A stretch of DNA of 64,000 nt from Octopus sinensis (Eukaryota). The stretch lies in the NCBI RefSeq assembly GCF_006345805.1, contig NC_043020.1, positions 24,242,001 through 24,306,000 on the forward strand, in the 5' to 3' direction. This document shows positions 56,141 through 64,000 of this stretch, in pieces. The notes under the pieces are model-generated. The model was given only the letters and a program-made list of their open reading frames with translations, ran no database searches and was not told where the DNA came from. How positions within the stretch are numbered: the stretch's first letter is position 1; each line of letters begins with the position of its first letter. The position numbers and the translations under genes are program-made.

Positions 56141-56247
56141 ATTCCTTACTGATGAATCTAAGGGCCTATGGTAGATTGGCTTGATTTAATTTAATCAGGT
56201 TAATTTACCATTAAACAGTAGAAGAAACGGTGCATCGTCTAAGGAAT
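56141..56247 (+). ncRNA. Type I hammerhead ribozyme, copy 2
   Basis: Identical to copy 1 at +490; predicted cleavage after 56239. Confidence 0.85.
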
Positions 56248-56632
56248 TTCAGGGTAAATGTTTTTTAATTTTCTCCTGATTTACGGAATTAATGTTATTT
56301 TGCGGTTGAAGCTTTTTGGCTGTTATTTCTAGTGGGTGAATGGCCTATTATGGCCGTTCCTTGATTGTGATATTGAACTTAAAAATGGTTTATGACTATT
56401 TAATTTTTTCCCACTAGGCCGCTGGGGGCAAAGGAATTCTACAAAATTTTTTTTGCCTCCCTATATTGATTAATTATGAATTTTCTGGTTGGTTCCGTAA
56501 TGGAATCGGCGGCTTATATTTATTTGCTGCCGATAAATTTGGCGCGAGTGCGACGATTTGAAAATTTTAGGTCAGATATTGGCGAGGCATGGACGAGAAT
56601 GCCTCGTGAAAAATATCTGTTCCGATTTGGCT

Positions 56633-56739
56633 ATTCCTTACTGATGAATCTAAGGGCCTATGGTAGATTGGCTTGATTTAATTTAATCAGGTTAATTTAC
56701 CATTAAACAGTAGAAGAAACGGTGCATCGTCTAAGGAAT
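56633..56739 (+). ncRNA. Type I hammerhead ribozyme, copy 3
   Basis: Identical to copy 1 at +982; predicted cleavage after 56731. Confidence 0.85.
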
Positions 56740-56861
56740 TTCAGGGTAAATGTTTTTTAATTTTCTCCTGATTTACGGAATTAATGTTATTTTGCGGTTG
56801 AAGCTTTTTGGCTGTTATTTCTAGTGGGTGAATGGCCTATTATGGCCGTTCCTTGATTGTG

Positions 56862-56892
<31 letters not shown>

Positions 56893-57299
56893 CATACAGG
56901 AATAGGGATTTGGGACCCAGGCAGGAACTATGTTAGTAGTTTGGTATAATCCAGACCTCCTGATCTGGCTAACCACATCGAATGGCAGGGAACATTCGGA
57001 ATTGTTCAAGATGAAGAATTACACGGTGATTTAATGAGACTAATACTCTAATAAAAAGTATCTGAAGATGAATAATTCTCCATTCTTCTTTACGATGTCT
57101 TGAGCATTGATATGCTTCTAGGTGAAAGAGCAGTCAGCCATTACAGATATGTATGGTAATGTGTATTTTCTGAAGTCTACATTTCAGAAATCAATTTCAG
57201 AAATCATTTCAGACATCAATTCAAGTTCGTGATTTTCAGAAAAGATTTTATGTCATATGAAAGTTGGTTCACGTAAATATATCCCTAAGGTCCTGCGAA

Positions 57300-57460
57300 A
57301 TGAGGGATCTGGAAAAGATACTTACAGTTACAGGGATATTCAAATCTATCCCGTTCTTGATATATTTACATAGAAGCATGAGCATGGTTGTGCCGGATTT
57401 CCAAAAGTCAAGGTAGATCCTGGTCACATCTAGATGCCAAACCAACAATAAGAGCTTCCA
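57300..57460 (-). pseudogene. Possible highly decayed CR1/L2-type RT fragment
   Basis: Minus frame VTRIYLDFWKSG...LLCKYIKNGI loosely resembles IYLDFSKAFD...LL.KL...GI. Confidence 0.25.
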
Positions 57461-58031
57461 TCAAGGGAGAAAGACAAGATATGTAAACTAAAGGATGTAG
57501 GTTTCAAAGATGTACCCTCCTAAGATTGCATTTCAGTAATATCTATGTGGATTTCACAAGAGCTCAACAATCAAACGGAACGAAAAAAAAGAGAAAAGTG
57601 CCATTTTAAAAGGTATTATGTGTTTAATGTTATATAAAATTTTAAAGTACAAGTTTTTAAAATGTGCGAAATTACTCCGAATGCTGCTGGCACATACGTA
57701 CACACGACACAAACACACACACACGTACATGTATACGCAAAACAGATATATACATACACATTCAGTTGTCTGTGAATGTGCTTATATATGCAAGGTTGTC
57801 GGCTCTGTATAATGGTTGCGTAAATGTGTACTCGTATGCATAAGCCCACCATCTGTATCGTCCTTCTCTCAAGAACCTCGCCACCTGACAGCCATATTTC
57901 AGTCTATCTCTGACAGATTAACTTCTTCTACACAAGTTAAAATGTCAGGTTCAGACATATTTTTTCTAAATTTTAACTTCAAATTTGTCTTTATTATTTA
58001 TATTTGTTTCCATTCAGCTGTGTGTGTCTGC

Positions 58032-58078
<47 letters not shown>

Positions 58079-58774
58079 AGATGTTCTTGCGTGTGTGTGT
58101 ATGTATACGTATATATGTATGCACAAACGTATACATATATATGTATGCACAGAAACATATCTATATAAGTATATATATACATATATACACAGATATATGT
58201 TAGTGTACATATACTTTCAGACACACACACACACACACACATATATACATATATATATATTTATACACATATGCAATTTTATTTGCTCTTTTCCTCCTCA
58301 GCATCGTCATAGATCTCATAAACTACGAAAGGGGTCAGAGACGTTGCCCTTCCTCCTCTAGATACACACACACACACACAGAGGAAAAAAATAAACTAGA
58401 ATCTACTTCACAATCCGTCAAGTAAGCTACTGCAGAGCACTGCACCAATATTTTGCTCAGCAGACGCCATGATTGAGTTGCGGCTATCAAGGTTAAAATA
58501 TGTTATGTTCCCGGAAAACCCATATTCATTACGTGTTTGTCAGAGTTATGTCTTATTATCTGAAATATCTGGACATAATATTAATAATGTCTGCCCCAAC
58601 GACACTTAAAACGGTTGGCTCTCTAGAGAGGCTTCTAACATGTTGATAGAGAAGACTGTCACACACATCCGCATGTCCGTCTGTGGTGTGTGTGTGTGTG
58701 TGTATTGCACACGCACATAGATATATCTGTTTTTATGTATCTGTATATGTGTAAGTGTACATGTACGTATACAC

Positions 58775-58811
<37 letters not shown>

Positions 58812-58959
58812 TATTCATAGATACATATATTCATAGATACATATATATACATGTATATATGCATGTGTGTGTGAGTATATATATATATAAGCATGTGTAT
58901 GTATATATGCATATGTATATATATATGTGTGTATATATATATACGTATATATATAGATA

Positions 58960-59032
<73 letters not shown>

Positions 59033-59657
59033 AAATAGACGTATACTTATATAAAATACTTAATGTATCAAGGTAATATTGATAGATATTTGTATGTGAA
59101 TATATGGTGTATATGTGTATATGCGCACACGTATAAAAACATACATTTAATCAAATATTTGTATACACACTGATGTGTGGAGATCTATCTATCTATATAA
59201 TGTGTCTATGCATATAAATACACACCTCTCTCCATTTTTTCTCTCCGACTCTCTTCCTCTTCCCCCTCTCTCTGTGTGCATAAATATACACACATACACA
59301 CACACATATATATATATATATATGCTTATAACTGTGTGCGTGTGTCTCTGTGTATCGGTATATATGTGACTGTACATGAACGTGGGAAAAACCGCCACAA
59401 GAGAACGAGAGAATAGCAGAGAGACGGAATGAGAGAATAATAAAATACTATAGATATAACGTCTCTCTAGAGATAAAAATGTGTGTGTATATGTGAATAT
59501 GTATGTATTATGTGTATAAATATATGAAATGTATGTTTGTCTGTATGTAGTAAGAGAGAGAAAGCGAGAGATGAAACAGAATGAGAATCAGTGAAAGAGA
59601 TAGAGAGCTTTGCGGGCTCGGCCAAACTCCAAAAGCTGTAAACCGCTGGATACTTAC

Positions 59658-59701
59658 CAAACAGTCAATAGAATTAGAATGGTCCCAGATATTCCAATCA
59701 T
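59658..59701 (-). CDS. Candidate signal-peptide-encoding first coding exon (possibly of the fasciclin gene)
   Basis: ATG at 59701 preceded by an in-frame stop; MIGISGTILILLTV + TG, then GTAAGT donor. The phase 2 end is compatible with the 26861 exon (TG|T = Cys, giving ...LLTVCLAQSAM). The linkage is inferred only. Confidence 0.45.
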
Positions 59702-60074
59702 GCAAAAGAACTAATCAGTAACCATCAAAATGGAGTGGTTCCAGTGGTTGGTTTCTTTGTACAATCAATCAAATAGAAAGTAGATGGGCAAATAGAGTCG
59801 GACGGTGTATTTACTAGCAGCTTAGAGTCTGACCGGTCATCACTCAACATAGACTAGCATGGCCCTCGGGGAGGCTGAGGGTGGCAGTGGTGGTGGTTGC
59901 GATGGTGGCAGTGGTCACTGTTGCTCTGTGTGTAGGTTCCACTTTGTGTTCGTGTATGAGTGCGTGTGCGTGTCTGTTACCATGTATGTGTGTACGAGTA
60001 TTTGTATATATACATATGTATGTATATACATATTTATATTCATATAAATGTATATGTACATGTGTATGTGCTTT

Positions 60075-60109
<35 letters not shown>

Positions 60110-60243
60110 GTGTGTGAGTGTGTGCGCGCACACATCTATTCTACGTACGTATCTATGTTCATTTATGTGAAATATATTTTGAGAGACTCTTTGGAAATCT
60201 GTCAGTCTGTCTTTCTGTTTCTTTCCCTCTCTCTCTCCCCATG

Positions 60244-60292
<49 letters not shown>

Positions 60293-61660
60293 ATAATATA
60301 TATATATATATAATGTATCTATATGTATATACGTGTGTGTATGCGTGTATGTAAGAGAAGGATGTGAGTAAGAGCTAGCAAGGGTTCCTATGCTGAAGTT
60401 CACCTTCCAATCACGGGGTTCCATTGCCTGTCATTTTGGACGAATGTCTTCTGTAACCAACCGCTAGCCAAGGTTCTTTGAGCTGAATTTCGATGACGGA
60501 ACCTATCAGAGGCATCCAGTGTATGTACAGTTGTGCGTGCCTGTGTATGTGTGTGTGTGTGTGTTGTGTGTGTGTGTGGTGTGGTGTGTAATATACATAC
60601 ATCTTAAGTTGTCAAAATCTATCCATCTTCCATCCAGCCTGCCCACTTCAAATCAGTCACGAGTCAGTGAACATTTATGACCCTCATCGATGATATTGAA
60701 AATAATTGCACGGAACTCCGTCAGAACATTAACAAAACACCGTCGCTATGCTAATTGACAAACATTTATTTCAAGTTACACAAAGAAAACTCTGTCGTTT
60801 TCGAAATTCATTTAAAATCGCAGCGATATGTTATCTCAAAGCGATCGAATAAAATGGAACATTCTCAATAAACTTCATAAAACTGCAGGCTTTGCCCAAC
60901 TGAGAAGCTTCATATATTAACCCAGCAAGTGTTATGTTATCGGCGATCAGAAATGTTACGTAATTAACCTATTTCTATGACGCTCTTCCTGGTGAGCTCG
61001 TAGGCTTGAAATTCCCAAATCTATTAACATTTCTCGCCTTTTGATCTAAGCAACAACTAAGAGAAGTTGGCACTCGCTGATCTTCGCCATGAATTCAGTA
61101 GACTCCTTCCTCCCCAAATTTCTTACCATAGCAGTCCAGCCGACTAAACTTTTCTCTGACAACATATTCTACCACGTGACTGTGGTGATGCAGGTGGTTC
61201 ATCCATATTTGCGGAGAATTGGCGAAAATTTTTAGCGTCGTCTTTTTGTGGTATTAGGGTTAGATATTTGTCCCCTTTCTGTTCGAATCCCTGCCAGAAA
61301 AACTTTGCCTATCATCCTTCCAGATCGATAAAATATAATTTCGATGGAGAACTGCGATTAAGATAATCGATTCATATCCTAATCACCTAAATTTGACAAT
61401 GTGATTATTTTCAGTAACATTCTTCTTCTTCTTCTTCTTCTTCTTCTTCTTCTTCTTCTTCTTCTTCTTCTTCTTCTTCTTCTTCTTCTTCTTCTTCTTC
61501 TCCTCCTCCTCCTCCTCCTTCTTTATCACAGGCTTTGTTCGAGCTCCTAGAGTTTTGCATGCGTATCACTCTTACTAACTGCAGCCCACGGTACCATTCT
61601 ATTGGTTTTTTCAGCTATCTAATACTTTCCTGAATATTCTGGCTGTTGTTTTTGTTGTTG

Positions 61661-61731
<71 letters not shown>

Positions 61732-61734
61732 TAC

Positions 61735-62590
61735 GCGATGAGCTGGCAGAACCGCCTGCATGCTTAGCGGTATTTTGTCTGTCGTTACGTTCAAAGTTCA
61801 AGTTCCGCCGAGGTCGATTTTGCCTTTCATCCTTTCGGGTCGAGTATCCTCTCCCCCAAAATTTCAGGCCCTGTGACTATAATAGAAAGGATTATTATTA
61901 TCATCATCAATATTAATGCGGTGAGGCGGTAGAACCATCAGCATACAGGACAAAATGCTTAATGGTATTTTGTCCTAAGTTCAAATTCTGCCAATATCAT
62001 CTTTGCCCTCATTCTTTTGGTGTAAATATAGAAACAGTCATGTACTGAGGTCAATGTAATCATATTCGTGTATCTTAAAAATTGCTGGTCATGTGTCATA
62101 AATTGGAATAATTATTCTACTTGCTATGATATTTCTTTAATTTATTGTGTTCCGCTTTAAACAACTTTAACAATGGAGAGAAATATATATCAGATCTTCA
62201 GTGTAATGACACAATATTGTTTGCATCGAAACAAACTTGGGACCGTTTAGAAAATGTAGTGCTTCCACGAGTCCTGCTAATCGATTTCTTTGTTTTAAGT
62301 TCCTGATATTGTTGACGTTATTATTACCGTTTGTCTACGTACTGTGAATGTTTAACTTCATGTCACTTCTCTATAATTCTTTCTGTTATAGGCACAAGGC
62401 CTGAAATTTTGGGGGAGGGGTCAGTTGATTACGTCGATCCCAGTACGCAATTTGGTAGTTAATTAATCGACCCCGAAAGGATGAAAGGCAAAGTCAACCT
62501 CGGCGGCATTTGAACTCAGAAAGTAGCGACGGGCGAAGTATCGCTAAGCATTTCGTCCAACATGCTTAACGACTCTGCTAGCTCACCGCC
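61735..62590. mobile_element. Cluster of SINE family A copies (two plus-strand, one minus-strand)
   Basis: Plus-strand heads at about 61735 and 61917; reverse-complement copy at about 62390-62590. Confidence 0.75.
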
Positions 62591-63302
62591 TTTCACCTCC
62601 CTATAAGGAAACAGAACCATGCCTTAAACGTCTCGTGTTTTCTTGAAAAAGTACCACATTTCTAGGACAACAACATTATTTTAGACACAAAATCTTTCGT
62701 CGCACGATCTCACAGAGGCTTTCGGCGTATAGAATGTTTATTATACAAATCTATATCTATTGTTCAAACCCTCCATATGTCATGCCGAAGCCCTAATATA
62801 TGAGGACCTGGTAACACGGTTCATTATAACTGAGGCTATGGTAAAGCAATAAATGTGTTGTGTTAAATCAACATGAAGTGGGCGCCATCAATTTTGTTCA
62901 TAAATGACAGAAGTCCTATTTAAAATACAGCAACCACTATCACAACAACAATAGCAACAACATGAAATAGTAATAACTACTCCTCGCTCCGCATTCCAGT
63001 CAACAAAAATGATATTAAAATGTTTAAAAAAAGACTATTAAAGATGATGAAATTATATGCGAAGTTACTATTTAAATCAAATTTTCCTTGAATGGAGAAT
63101 AATATTTAAATATATATAACTTATGTACACTCCCAAAAGTGTATATATCCACAAATTGATTGATAGATATATGTAAAATTCCATGTTCGTACGTCTGTAT
63201 GTTTATGTATATGTTGTATATCTATATATATATATATATATAATATATATATATATAATATTATTACTATATATATTATATATATATGTCTGTGTGTGTG
63301 TG

Positions 63303-63336
<34 letters not shown>

Positions 63337-63815
63337 GTGTGGCGTGTGTGTGTGTAAAAAAATGTAATATACATATATGTATTTAAGAAAATTGAACGAA
63401 ATATTTTTATTGCGAAGGATAAAAAGAATAAGGTCAAAATGAACATAATAATAATAACAATAATGTTAATAATAAAAATAATGAAAATATTAGTGATGAT
63501 AAGATTACTAGAAAACGATATTTAAAACAAAACTTATTAAAAGGAAAAAGGCGTTTCTACAAGATTGTATTTCTTATATCGATAGTGATTTTATCTGTCA
63601 TCTTCCATTTTAAAATTAGCTTCGGTTTAGTTTTCATGTGAAAAATTATATTTTATATATGTCATTTAGAGTTTTAAAATTATTCCCAATATGAAGAATG
63701 AGGAAAGAAAAAAAAAAACCCATATTCTTAAATAATTTTTTTAACACGTTTTTTGAGGTTCGTTACTTACAATCTTCGTTTTATAGTATATATATATATA
63801 TGTGTGTGTGTGTGT

Positions 63816-63861
<46 letters not shown>

Positions 63862-64000
63862 AATAAATGTATATGTGCGTATGTGTATTTATATTGCATG
63901 TATATATAAGTATACCTATATGTGTGTGTATGTGTGTATACATACGTGTATGTATATTGCATGATTTTACTCAATCGCTCACCACTGATATATTCGCGTA

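Larger units (their letters stand above)
55614..56865 (+). mobile_element. Tandem array (about 2.55 copies of a 490/492-bp unit) with one hammerhead per copy: retrozyme-like or tandem pLTR element
   Basis: Units start at 55614, 56104 and 56596 and are nearly identical (single-base indels). Flanked on both sides by (TA)n. No RT or transposase ORF inside. Confidence 0.85.

Noticed and set aside
55614-56865. CRISPR array or plain satellite reading of the tandem repeat
   Set aside because: No repeat-spacer alternation and a eukaryotic context; the complete ribozyme fold argues against a featureless satellite.

Overview
Eukaryotic, AT-rich, microsatellite-saturated DNA. The SINE families and simple-repeat load look like an octopod cephalopod (inference; no database search was possible). 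Almost all ORFs in the supplied track are translations of simple repeats. Supported content: (1) four phase-compatible minus-strand exons of a fasciclin-1-like (FAS1-domain) gene at 26708-26861, 23816-23930, 8564-8708 and 262-421, with the 5' exon unresolved (two candidates); (2) many tRNA-derived SINEs, two RTE-type LINE remnants, two internally deleted mariners and an internally deleted R4/Dong-like element in a (TAA)n tract; (3) a young, 5'-truncated Penelope-like element (RT + GIY-YIG) with a near-perfect inverted terminal duplication carrying a variant hammerhead ribozyme; (4) the highlight, a 2.55-copy tandem array of a 490/492-bp unit at 55614-56865 in which each copy folds into a type I hammerhead ribozyme with a 68-nt stem II, i.e. 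a candidate retrozyme or pLTR-derived circular-RNA element. A solo minimal hammerhead lies at 10072-10117. All RNA folds were paired by hand, and none has been tested for activity.
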